A stretch of DNA of 64,000 nt, from the NCBI GenBank assembly GCA_963777505.1, contig CAVZQN010000001.1:512001-576000 (forward strand), read 5' to 3'. The stretch is from an uncultured bacterium (GTDB lineage Bacteria > Acidobacteriota > HRBIN11 > JAKEFK01). The notes beneath the pieces were generated by a model. It did no database searches. It saw only the letters and a list, made by a program, of their open reading frames with translations, and had not been told where the DNA came from. Each line of letters opens with the position of its first letter. Position 1 is the stretch's first letter. A program made the position numbers and the translations under genes. This document shows positions 19,320 to 28,705 of this stretch, piece after piece.

Positions 19320-19778
19320 ATGACCAGGATCTTTTTAATTGGAGCCTTTGCGATACTTAGTTTTTGTTTTACAGGGTGTGATTTTCTCGATGATGACGTC
19401 GTGCGTTTTGAAATAATTTCAGAAGGTTCCTTTTCCGGCATCAATACAAAGACGGAAACCGTAGTTGATTCACAGTCTCAATGGACAACGCTGTGGGATC
19501 AACACGTCAGCATTCAGGTTCCAAAGCCTGCCTTACCTTCGGTCGACTTTAGTTCATCGGTAGTCGTAGCGATTGTCGCAGGAAACAAACCCGACTCTTG
19601 TTACAACTTATTTCTACGCGAAGTATCTGAAGATGGCGACAATGTGAACATTCGTTATGAAATCGTCACAAGCCCTCCTGACTTAGGTTGTGCAGACGTC
19701 ATAACCCAGCCGTTTACGATCTTTCGTATTCCCAGGCCGGAAGGAAGTATCAGCATTCAGGAAGCAGGAAGCCGATAG
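19320..19778 (+). CDS. PrcB C-terminal-domain lipoprotein
   Basis: Start moved to ATG 19320; lipobox FTGC; W..LW, PSVDFS...VVAI..G.KP, VITQPF. Confidence 0.8.
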   Translation: MTRIFLIGAFAILSFCFTGCDFLDDDVVRFEIISEGSFSGINTKTETVVDSQSQWTTLWDQHVSIQVPKPALPSVDFSSSVVVAIVAGNKPDSCYNLFLREVSEDGDNVNIRYEIVTSPPDLGCADVITQPFTIFRIPRPEGSISIQEAGSR

Positions 19779-19801
19779 CATTAACTATTTTTCGCGTAGT
19801 C

Positions 19802-21628
19802 TTAGAACTTAGACTTTTGGAATTCTTCGATTGTGGTGACGCCTTCATTGATCCGCTGAAGGCATCTTGAACGCAGCGAAAGCATTCCATCTTTAATCGC
19901 TACTTTTTCAATCTCGAGTGCCGAAGAGTTACGGGCAATTTCTTCAGCCACTGCTGGAGTAACTGGGAGCGCTTCAAAAATAGCTATACGCCCGTTAAAA
20001 CCGATAAAATTGCATTCCTTACAACCCGTTCCTGCATATGCATTCAACCCCTGTGCTTCTTCTTGAGTCATTCCCATTCTCACTAGCAGTGATTCAGTTA
20101 CTGGAGATTTTGAAGAGCAATGAGGACAAATTCTCCGGATCAATCTCTGGTTGATCACGATTGAAAGCGATTGAGACAGCAACGAAGCTGAAGCGCCAAG
20201 TTCGCGCAAAAGCACAATTGCATTCGCTGATGAAATCGCATTTAGTGATGCGACAACAACACAGCGCGCCGCAATCTTACAAACAGTGGCGGCAACTTCC
20301 GCGTTTGGAATATCAGAAATAAAAATGACGTCTGGATTTGATCGGATAATCGAATTCAATCCTGTAATGAAATCAAATCCTGCCGATGGATTAATTTCGG
20401 ATTGATGAACGTGGCGGATCGTTGCAAAAATCGGAGACTCTAACGTCATGATTTTCCGCTGAGAACTCGCCAGATAACGCATCATCGAATATTCCGTTGT
20501 GCTGACTCCATTCATCAGCGGACCGCTCAACAAAATCAAACCAAAACGGGAATCTAATGCAGATTTTAATTTTGCAAGCTGATCATCTGTGAAGCCGACC
20601 TCATTCACGTTTCTTAAGAATGTTGAAAGTGAAACAATCTTGATGCTGATACTTTCACCGTGAGGATTCGGAAAACTCAAAATATTCAGCTGATATCTTT
20701 GTTCTCCCAATCGCAGCATGATCTTGTTTGTTTGCGGAATTCTTGTATTTTGAACATCCATCTTTGCGAGTCTTTTGAGGCTGGCAATCAGAGATAGATG
20801 ATCTTCCTTTCGTGGAGATTTGATTTTGTATAAGACTCCATCAATGCGATAGCGAACACTCAGTTCATTTCTATCTGGTTCAATATGAATATCGGAAGCA
20901 TGACGCCGGATTGCGTCCATGATCAGCCTTCGAATCAGTGTCTGCGCGTCCAGGCTTTCCTGTTCCATGATGCGAACGCCGCCGGGTGGCACATATTTTT
21001 TTAGAAAATCGCTGATCGCTACCTCATCCGCATAAATTGGCACAACATGCATTTCCGCCTTTCTGCCCGCAATCTCAACTGTGGAAATATCCTGAGGGTT
21101 CGACATAGCTAAAGCAAGAAATGATCGGTTGCTTCCCTGGAATACCTGGAGAGGCAGAATTTTTCGCTGAACACAAAATTCAGGATTCAACTTCTGTAGT
21201 AAATTCGGATCGGTATATTCGTCTGTAAACTCAGCAGGCAATGGTATGGCTTGCATCTGAAGAAATAAGTCCAATTCTTCAGAGGTTAAGAACTTGCTCT
21301 GAACAAGGATTTGTCCCAGTTTCTCATGCGTTTGGCCCTGCTGGCTCAGCGCATTCAACATATCTTCAACTGTTACAATTTGAGCACGAACCAATAGTTC
21401 CCCAAGACGATCTTTGATTTTCCGAAGTGACGCTCGCTCTTGTTGCAATGTATTCGGAGCATATTCCCAAAAGCGTCTTAAATACTCATCAGAAGCAGTA
21501 CAAAAACACTGCAAGCAATAAGGACAAAGTTTGGTGGGGTTTTTTGGGTCGCAGCTACACCAGACAGACGAGACGGAGTCGTACTCTCCTAGACAGCTCC
21601 AACACTGAATTATGTACTCTTCGCTCAC
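19802..21628 (-). CDS. GspE/PilB-like protein with N-terminal Cys-rich domain, MshEN-like region and degenerate ATPase motifs
   Basis: ASDIHIEP, VRYRIDGVL, NQRLIRRICPHC..GCKEC..GFNGR, GVTTIEE; Walker A replaced by GPLMNGVST. Confidence 0.88.
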   Translation of the reverse strand: MSEEYIIQCWSCLGEYDSVSSVWCSCDPKNPTKLCPYCLQCFCTASDEYLRRFWEYAPNTLQQERASLRKIKDRLGELLVRAQIVTVEDMLNALSQQGQTHEKLGQILVQSKFLTSEELDLFLQMQAIPLPAEFTDEYTDPNLLQKLNPEFCVQRKILPLQVFQGSNRSFLALAMSNPQDISTVEIAGRKAEMHVVPIYADEVAISDFLKKYVPPGGVRIMEQESLDAQTLIRRLIMDAIRRHASDIHIEPDRNELSVRYRIDGVLYKIKSPRKEDHLSLIASLKRLAKMDVQNTRIPQTNKIMLRLGEQRYQLNILSFPNPHGESISIKIVSLSTFLRNVNEVGFTDDQLAKLKSALDSRFGLILLSGPLMNGVSTTEYSMMRYLASSQRKIMTLESPIFATIRHVHQSEINPSAGFDFITGLNSIIRSNPDVIFISDIPNAEVAATVCKIAARCVVVASLNAISSANAIVLLRELGASASLLSQSLSIVINQRLIRRICPHCSSKSPVTESLLVRMGMTQEEAQGLNAYAGTGCKECNFIGFNGRIAIFEALPVTPAVAEEIARNSSALEIEKVAIKDGMLSLRSRCLQRINEGVTTIEEFQKSKF

Positions 21629-21700
21629 TCCTCCCTCGACTTAACCAATTGAGTGTACAACACTTCCGGCTACTATGACAGGCATCGAACGTTTCACAGA

Positions 21701-23134
21701 TTATTGTAGACGATCGATCTTCATCATGTTTGTCGCTCCACGAACCGGATTTGTGCCCGAGACAATTACGATAACGTCCCCTTTATTTACAGCTCCCGTT
21801 TGAAGCAAAATTTCTTCAGCACGGCGGATCATTGAATCCGTGTTTGGGATCGAGTCAAACAACATTGGCAGAACTCCCCAAACCAGCGATAGATGGCGGA
21901 AGGTTTTTTCTTCCGGAGTAAACGCGTAAATAGGAGCTGGCGGACGCTGACAGGAAGCAAGATGAGCCGTCATTCCTGACTGAGTAAAAACAACAATCGC
22001 CCGCGCTTTCATTTCAACAGCTGCAGCCCGTGCGGAATGGACGATTCCATGCGTAAAGTTCGTTTGTTTTTGTGGCCGAATAAATTCAATTTTCTGAAAC
22101 AATTCCTCATCCGATTCTGTGTAACGCGCGATATTTGCCATTGTTTTTATAGCGCGTATGGGATACTCCCCTACAGCAGTTTCCTGCGATAGCATCAGGA
22201 CATCTGTGCCATCCAGAATCGCATTCGCAACATCTGAAGCTTCTGCCCTGGTCGGACGAGCACTGTGAACCATACTTTCGAGCATTTGAGTTGCTGTAAT
22301 TGCCAGCTTTTCTGATTTATTCGCTCGTTCAATGATTTTCTTTTGAATCAAAGGGACTCTTTCTGCTGGAAGCTCGACACCAAGATCGCCGCGAGCAACC
22401 ATGACTCCATCTGTCACTTCCAAAATTTCACGAATATTTTTCACAGCTTCCGGCTTCTCAATTTTGGCAATGATCTTCACATCGGGATAATTCCATTGAT
22501 TTAATAGATTCTTCAAGACCAGAACATCCCATGCAGTACGAACGAAGGACAGGGCTATGTAATCAACCTGCATGTCTACACCAAAACGGGCATCGGCGAT
22601 GTCCTTATCAGTCACACTGGGCGCACTGATTTGAGTTCCAGGAAGATTGATCCCCTTTTTTTCGCCAAGTATTCCACCGGTTATGACTTCTGTAGTGATA
22701 TTTTCAGAATCAATATCTAATACTTTTAATTCGATTGCTCCATCGTTGAGCAGGATGGGGTCACCAGGCTTCACATCAAGAGGCATTCCTTTGTAGTTTG
22801 TAGAAACTTCGGTATCTGAGCCTTCGATTTCACGAATGGTGATTGTAAATCTTGCATCAGGATGAAGAGTGACGGACTTATGTTCCTTGAGTGTGCCGGT
22901 TCGGATTTTCGGACCTTGCAAATCTTGAAGGATGGCAACCGGCTCCTTCAAACTAGCCGCAACCGATCGAATCCGATCAACGATAGGAAGGAAATATTCA
23001 TGACTGCCATGGGAAAAGTTTAGCCGGAAGCCATTTGCCCCCGCCTGAATCATTTCTCGAATGGTGTCAGCTTCGATGGAAGCGGGTCCAATCGTAGCTA
23101 AAATTTTTGTCTTTCGCGGACTGGGATGCGCCAA
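21701..23134 (-). CDS. pyk: Pyruvate kinase
   Basis: KTKILATIGPAS, RLNFSHG, DLQGPKIR, AKIEK, MVARGDLGVE, ATQMLESM, PTRAE. Confidence 0.98.
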   Translation of the reverse strand: MAHPSPRKTKILATIGPASIEADTIREMIQAGANGFRLNFSHGSHEYFLPIVDRIRSVAASLKEPVAILQDLQGPKIRTGTLKEHKSVTLHPDARFTITIREIEGSDTEVSTNYKGMPLDVKPGDPILLNDGAIELKVLDIDSENITTEVITGGILGEKKGINLPGTQISAPSVTDKDIADARFGVDMQVDYIALSFVRTAWDVLVLKNLLNQWNYPDVKIIAKIEKPEAVKNIREILEVTDGVMVARGDLGVELPAERVPLIQKKIIERANKSEKLAITATQMLESMVHSARPTRAEASDVANAILDGTDVLMLSQETAVGEYPIRAIKTMANIARYTESDEELFQKIEFIRPQKQTNFTHGIVHSARAAAVEMKARAIVVFTQSGMTAHLASCQRPPAPIYAFTPEEKTFRHLSLVWGVLPMLFDSIPNTDSMIRRAEEILLQTGAVNKGDVIVIVSGTNPVRGATNMMKIDRLQ

Positions 23135-23257
23135 ATTACCTCCTGAGGCACCTGTATGCTAATTCCCGATTCGGTCACAGTCAAGAAACATAAATCATAC
23201 CTCATTTATTTGATTCTGATTATCGTTTTCAAAACACATCAATAACATCGTCGACAA

Positions 23258-25558
23258 CTAATCTTCATAACTTTCGATTCGTAACGATTCCGGATCTAGA
23301 TGAATCCTGATCGTGCCCTGCAGGTCAGTCCTTAGTACCATTGAATGCCTTTCGTTTAGGTTTCGGAGAACCTGCGGATGTGGATGTCCAAACCAATTGT
23401 TCCTTCCGGCGGAAATGACACTGATCCACGGCCGAAAGTGATTTAGAAAATCTGCGGATGTTGAGGTCTTGCTTCCATGATGAGCTACTTTCAATACACT
23501 GACTTTCAAGCTGGGTTCTAATTTCATCAGAATCTCTTCCGTGGACTTCTCTGCGTCCCCTGCCAATAGAATCTTATGATTTCGGTAACTCAGTAGCAAA
23601 ACCAATGAATCATCGTTGGCAACTCTTCGTGTATATTTGCGATCCTCAGGCGCAAGAACACGGATTGTCACATCTCCCTGTTTGAAAAGCATTCCTCTCC
23701 GAATTCCCTGGATTCGTACCTGACTTGATTGCAAGAGCTTTTGAAAACCAGAATCAGCAATGGGTCTCCGGGTACAGTAAAAGAGATCGGAGCGTATATA
23801 GCGGCTTAGTGAAATTAAGCCATTCATGTGATCAGCATGGGCGTGCGTTAAAAAGATTCTATGCAGCCGGACAATCCCTAGATGGGAAAGATACGGGAGT
23901 AGTACGGCTTCTCCGGTGTCGAGTGCTTCTGTATTCCAAAAACCGCCACCATCAATAAGATCGGCTGTACCGTCCGGATATTGAATCAGAATCGAATCTC
24001 CTTGCCCAACGTCTAAAAAGTGTAGAACCAGCTTTCCTGTTGCTTGAGGTTGTCGCGTCAAAATCCATAAGAAACAAACAACGGAAGCGAATGCGGCAAT
24101 GATGCACAAGAGTCGTTTTTTACGAAGCAGTAATGCTGTAAGAATCGAGGCATAGAACGCAAGCACCAGAAATAATGGAGGCTCGGGTAAAGTGGTAAGC
24201 CACATACCGCTGAAGAATTCCGAGCTTTCAACAAACCATCGAACAGGAAATCGGATTAGTGGATTGATCATCGTATGAAACAAATTGGAGGGTAATGCGC
24301 CTGTGCCTGCAGCGATTAAGAAACTGCTCAAAGGTATTGCAGCAAAATTTGCCAGTAATGCGCCGAATGAAATCCGATGAAATATGAAGGCTTGATACGG
24401 CGCCAGTACAAATTGAATCGAGAGCGAAACAATAACAAAGCTCCATGCATAGTTATAGATCTTTCGTGGCATGCGAATTACGTTACAAAGTGGTAGCGCA
24501 ACAAACAGAATTGCCGCAGTAGAGAGGTAGGTTAGATGAAAGCCAGGATCAAAAAGTTCAAGAGGATTCCACGCGACCTGTAAGAGCGCGCACAATGCCA
24601 GCACGTTCGCCATGGCAGGACGTTCTTGTCTATACACCGAAAATGCAAGTACCAGAAATGTGAGTACGGAGCGCACAATCGAAGACCGTCCTTCCAGCAG
24701 AAACAAATAAAACAACAACAGCGCGCTTAGCAATCCCATCGCGACCGGAAAGTGGACTGTACGTTTCAAAGCCCAGAGGCAAACGAGAAGCAGGACTGTT
24801 ACATGGAAGCCAGAAATTGCCACCACATGGAAAATGCCAGCATCGATCAGAGTTTGTTCGGTCTCCCGGCTAATCCCTGAACGATCGTCCAGCCAGAGTG
24901 CGCGAAGGATACCGCCTTCTACAGGTGAAAATCCACCGCTAACCCGCTGAATCATTCTCAAACGCATCGATGACATCCAGTGTTTGAAACCAGTTCCAAC
25001 CTCAACAATTCTGATCAACTTTGCAGATTTAATACTTCCAAGAACATGAATGCCTTCTTTCTGCAAGTAACGTTCGTAATTAAAGCAACCCTCTGCGCGA
25101 AAGCTCGTTGGCATTCTGAATCTTGCATAGGCCTCCAGAACATCTCCAACGACTGGCGTTGGATCCATTTTTTCAGGCACGGTTAGTCGCGCAACTCCGC
25201 TGATGGTTTTGCCGGAAATCGAAAGCACGTCTACACGCAGTACCACAAAATCCGCATGGATTTCAGGTGTTTGCCGTAGACGCACTCGAATTGCGACAGT
25301 TTCATTTTCGTTTGTAATTACCCATGTTCTCAGCGTACTTTTGTGATACTTCAAATCGGAGTGCTTATATGTGAAGCCTCCAACACAAAATAAGAAAAGT
25401 ATTTGTGCGGTAAATGTAGTTCGGAATGATTTTGTTCGAAAGGCTGCAGCCGCCGTGATCAGAGCCGCAATGAAACATATTCCGGGAATATCCAGATACA
25501 CTTCGGCCAGGATACCCGCCGAAAAAGACAAAAAGATATAAACGAATGGCGCTGACAT
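23258..25558 (-). CDS. comEC: DNA internalization competence protein ComEC/Rec2
   Basis: AGIFHVVAISGFHV, FLDVGQGDS, THAHADHMNG, KVAHHGS, FGHPH. Confidence 0.93.
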   Translation of the reverse strand: MSAPFVYIFLSFSAGILAEVYLDIPGICFIAALITAAAAFRTKSFRTTFTAQILFLFCVGGFTYKHSDLKYHKSTLRTWVITNENETVAIRVRLRQTPEIHADFVVLRVDVLSISGKTISGVARLTVPEKMDPTPVVGDVLEAYARFRMPTSFRAEGCFNYERYLQKEGIHVLGSIKSAKLIRIVEVGTGFKHWMSSMRLRMIQRVSGGFSPVEGGILRALWLDDRSGISRETEQTLIDAGIFHVVAISGFHVTVLLLVCLWALKRTVHFPVAMGLLSALLLFYLFLLEGRSSIVRSVLTFLVLAFSVYRQERPAMANVLALCALLQVAWNPLELFDPGFHLTYLSTAAILFVALPLCNVIRMPRKIYNYAWSFVIVSLSIQFVLAPYQAFIFHRISFGALLANFAAIPLSSFLIAAGTGALPSNLFHTMINPLIRFPVRWFVESSEFFSGMWLTTLPEPPLFLVLAFYASILTALLLRKKRLLCIIAAFASVVCFLWILTRQPQATGKLVLHFLDVGQGDSILIQYPDGTADLIDGGGFWNTEALDTGEAVLLPYLSHLGIVRLHRIFLTHAHADHMNGLISLSRYIRSDLFYCTRRPIADSGFQKLLQSSQVRIQGIRRGMLFKQGDVTIRVLAPEDRKYTRRVANDDSLVLLLSYRNHKILLAGDAEKSTEEILMKLEPSLKVSVLKVAHHGSKTSTSADFLNHFRPWISVISAGRNNWFGHPHPQVLRNLNERHSMVLRTDLQGTIRIHLDPESLRIESYED

Positions 25559-25567
25559 ACGTTTGCC

Positions 25568-25591
25568 GTAGGGCGAGCCTCAGTGCTCGCC
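25568..25591 (+). repeat. Single GTAG REP-like palindrome
   Basis: GTAG-GGCGAGC-CTCAGT-GCTCGCC just upstream of the comEC start. Confidence 0.6.
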
Positions 25592-25610
25592 AAAGGGTTA
25601 TTGCCAGGTG

Positions 25611-26321
25611 TCAGCTTTGCATGTAAAACAGACTGAGGCGAGGAATGCCGTATTGTTTCCGGACTGCTTTAATTAAAGCCCGGCGCAGCATTTCTTGATA
25701 AACACTAAATTCAAGCTTCTCTTCAAACGATTTTAGTTCGCGCATGGAATCCTCCTTATAACGAGCAATGTCGTTGGCCGGCACAAGCTGTAACAACAGC
25801 TGCTCCAACTCCTTTTCTATGCCGGTAAGTTTTTCTTCCACACGCTCACGATTCATTGATGAATTTGTCCTGAATTCACTTAATATTCCGTTGCGAAGCG
25901 ATGCTTCCTTAAGTTGAAGCATTTGGGCCAGTGCATCATTTCCATTTTCCGATGCTTTCTTTGCACTTTCGGAAAGCTGAACTGAAAGCCTTTCCAAATA
26001 TTGTTCCACATCTGCCGGAGGAGGTTCTAAATGCCGTCCTGCAGCAGCAGAATCTCCGGTTCCTTCCATCGATTTCAAATGACGTTTGAATTCGCTTTTC
26101 ACAATCCGTTTGCAGTACATCAGACTTGTGATTTCGCTGTCTGCATCTTTCTTTCTTTCAAAGGCACGGTCAATTCCACGAATAACAACTTCGCTAGGAA
26201 TTTCCTGTTCATACCATTCGCGTATTAACACCCATTCTTTTGGCGAAAGGAGCATCGGATTACCGCGCTTTTGCAGGAAATAATCTTCAATCAATCGAAA
26301 ATATTCCTCTTCATCCATCAT
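25611..26321 (-). CDS. Conserved hypothetical protein with DnaD-like N-terminal region
   Basis: YF..IEDYF...RG.P.LLSP.EW..I.EW....IP..VV.RGIDRAF...SL.YC; helical C-terminus. Confidence 0.7.
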   Translation of the reverse strand: MMDEEEYFRLIEDYFLQKRGNPMLLSPKEWVLIREWYEQEIPSEVVIRGIDRAFERKKDADSEITSLMYCKRIVKSEFKRHLKSMEGTGDSAAAGRHLEPPPADVEQYLERLSVQLSESAKKASENGNDALAQMLQLKEASLRNGILSEFRTNSSMNRERVEEKLTGIEKELEQLLLQLVPANDIARYKEDSMRELKSFEEKLEFSVYQEMLRRALIKAVRKQYGIPRLSLFYMQS

Positions 26322-27100
26322 TGATTCATTTCATATAAAACTTGCAGACCTTTCAGGATTAGATCCGGATCAGTATGTTGAATCTTTGGAGTTCTTTTTG
26401 CAATCAGGGGAGCGAGACCGCCTGTAGCAATTGCCTTTGCATCATTTCCAAGCTCGCGACGCATTTCAGTAATGATTTTTTCTATCAATCCCAGGTATCC
26501 AAGAAAGATTCCAGATTGTATTGCTGAGACTGTATTGCGGCCAATAACTTCTTCTGGTTCTTTTATTTCAACACGTGGAAGTTTTGCTGCTCGCTGAAAT
26601 AGCGCTTCCGCGGAAATCATGATCCCTGGTGCAATCACTCCGCCTAAGTATTCACCTTTTGCAGAGACAGCATCAAAAACTGTTGCAGTTCCGAGATCAA
26701 TGACAATGCAAGGCCCGCCATACAAGTGGAAGCCTGCAACAGAGTGCACGATCCGATCGGCGCCTACTTCCTGAGGATGGTCATATAAAATCGGCATTCC
26801 AGTTTTAATTCCAGGCTGAACCACAAATGGCTCGCCGCCGAAATATTTAATCGACATTTCGCGGATGGAAGGAAGCAATGGAGGAACCACACAGCTAATC
26901 GCAATTGCATCCGTTTTCAAGTTGTCATACCCGGACAAAGTCAGGAGGTTTTTGATCAGAACACCATGTTCATCGGACGTGCGATCCCGAACTGTTGTTA
27001 ACCTCCAGCTATCGACAAGTTTATTTTTCTTAAATAAACCTACTACCGTATTTGAATTCCCTATATCAATCGCTAAGAGGCTTGGTGTTTTTTGCGGCAT
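26318..27100 (-). CDS. coaX: Type III pantothenate kinase
   Basis: LAIDIGNSNT, VGADR, IDLGTAT, YLGGVIAPG, ATGG. Confidence 0.96.
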   Translation of the reverse strand: MPQKTPSLLAIDIGNSNTVVGLFKKNKLVDSWRLTTVRDRTSDEHGVLIKNLLTLSGYDNLKTDAIAISCVVPPLLPSIREMSIKYFGGEPFVVQPGIKTGMPILYDHPQEVGADRIVHSVAGFHLYGGPCIVIDLGTATVFDAVSAKGEYLGGVIAPGIMISAEALFQRAAKLPRVEIKEPEEVIGRNTVSAIQSGIFLGYLGLIEKIITEMRRELGNDAKAIATGGLAPLIAKRTPKIQHTDPDLILKGLQVLYEMNQ

Positions 27101-27861
27101 GCTTTTACTTCGCCTGAGTAAATAACGATCGGTCCATTTGCGGTCTTCAAAATCAGACCACCAAACGGATCCAATCCTTCCGTTATTCCTTCTGTTATAC
27201 CATTGGACATTCTTATCTCAACGTAACAATTCTTGAAATATGAAGAATGCTTTTCAATTTCTGCAGAAAAATCACTCCAGGAAGTCGAATTCATTTTTTC
27301 ATAGAGTTCTTCGAATTCAAAAAGAAGATTTGCGAGAAGCTGTTCTCTTCTGACGGCGGCTTTTTCAAGTGCGATTGAAGAGGCTGTTGACTTGAGCTGC
27401 TCTGGAAAATCAACCACATTAACGTTGATACCGATTCCAACAATCACATATTGAAGCATTTCGCCTTCCATCGCACTTTGCGTCAGAATCCCCGCAATCT
27501 TTCGGTCTTCGATTAGGACATCGTTAGGCCATTTCATATCAGCCTTCAAATTGTATTCTGATAACGCCCGAGAAACTGCAAGACCTGCAATAAACGGAAT
27601 ACGATGCAGATTCTCTCTCATCGGTTTCAAAAGCAAAGTGGAATACAAATTAACTCCTTTGGGGGAATACCATTGATTCGTGTTCCTGCCACGCCCTGAG
27701 CTTTGCGAATTTGCAAGCACGAGAGTTCCTTCCCGATGATTCTGTTTTGCAAGTGTTTCACCAACTCGGTTCGTACTGTCAATTTCATCGTAATAAAAAA
27801 TCTCGGATCCAAACTCACTTTTTCTGCGATGTTGAAAATCGGCTATATCAAATGCGTTCAT
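27073..27861 (-). CDS. birA: Biotin-protein ligase (no HTH domain)
   Basis: DSTN, QSSGRGR, KWPNDV, KIAGIL, VGIGINVN. Confidence 0.95.
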   Translation of the reverse strand: MNAFDIADFQHRRKSEFGSEIFYYDEIDSTNRVGETLAKQNHREGTLVLANSQSSGRGRNTNQWYSPKGVNLYSTLLLKPMRENLHRIPFIAGLAVSRALSEYNLKADMKWPNDVLIEDRKIAGILTQSAMEGEMLQYVIVGIGINVNVVDFPEQLKSTASSIALEKAAVRREQLLANLLFEFEELYEKMNSTSWSDFSAEIEKHSSYFKNCYVEIRMSNGITEGITEGLDPFGGLILKTANGPIVIYSGEVKACRKKHQAS

Positions 27862-28703
27862 CGGGGATCGTTAATCTCCATAGAAATATCGATACTTTTC
27901 ACACTGTGTGTTAATCCACCGATTGAAATCGCGTCCACACCATGAATCAAATACTCTTCGAAGTTGTCAGCGCTGATTCCTCCTGAAATTTCATAACGTG
28001 TGCCTTTCTGTTTGATACTGACGCACTCCCTGATTTGATCAGGGGTCATGTTATCAAGCAAAAACCATCGAGCGCCTGCTTTCAACGCTTCGCGAAGCAT
28101 CGAAATATTTTCTACTTCAATTTCAACTTGCTCTGCGGAATATCCTTTCAGCTGGAAAGCTTCCAACACATCGCGAAAGTTACCTTGAATTTTCAAATGA
28201 TTGTCCTTCACCATCGGTGCATCAAAAAGCCCCATTCGATGGTTCGTACCGCCTCCAGCCTTAACTGCGTACTTTTCGAGAACTCTTAATAATGGCGTGG
28301 TTTTACGTGTATCGAGAATCTGAATTCCAAACGGGCGCGCCTGGCGCACATATTGAGCCGTTGTTGTTGCGATGCCACAAAGGCGTTGAAGAAGATTTAA
28401 CGAGACGCGTTCTCCGGTCAAGATTGCTTTGACGGACCCTGCCACGCGGCATATTTCGGACTTTGTTTGAAATTCGTCCCCGTCTTTTAAAAATTCATCG
28501 ACTTTAACACCAGCGTCCAGCTTTCTAAAGATGCGCGATATAAGCGGAAGACCCGCTAGAATACCTGGCTCCTTCGCAATGAAGACTGCAGAATTATGGA
28601 GGCTGTTTGTAACTAAGGTAGTAGTAGTAACATCACCTTGGCCAACATCTTCTTGTAATGCGCGCTGAAGAAGATCATCGATTTCTTTCGAATCCCAATC
28701 CAT
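27858..28703 (-). CDS. nadC: Quinolinate phosphoribosyltransferase
   Basis: ALQED.G.GDVT, GERVSLN, DTRKTTP, NHRMGL, KDNH, LLDNM, GGLTHS. Confidence 0.97.
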   Translation of the reverse strand: MDWDSKEIDDLLQRALQEDVGQGDVTTTTLVTNSLHNSAVFIAKEPGILAGLPLISRIFRKLDAGVKVDEFLKDGDEFQTKSEICRVAGSVKAILTGERVSLNLLQRLCGIATTTAQYVRQARPFGIQILDTRKTTPLLRVLEKYAVKAGGGTNHRMGLFDAPMVKDNHLKIQGNFRDVLEAFQLKGYSAEQVEIEVENISMLREALKAGARWFLLDNMTPDQIRECVSIKQKGTRYEISGGISADNFEEYLIHGVDAISIGGLTHSVKSIDISMEINDPR

Positions 28704-28705
28704 AT

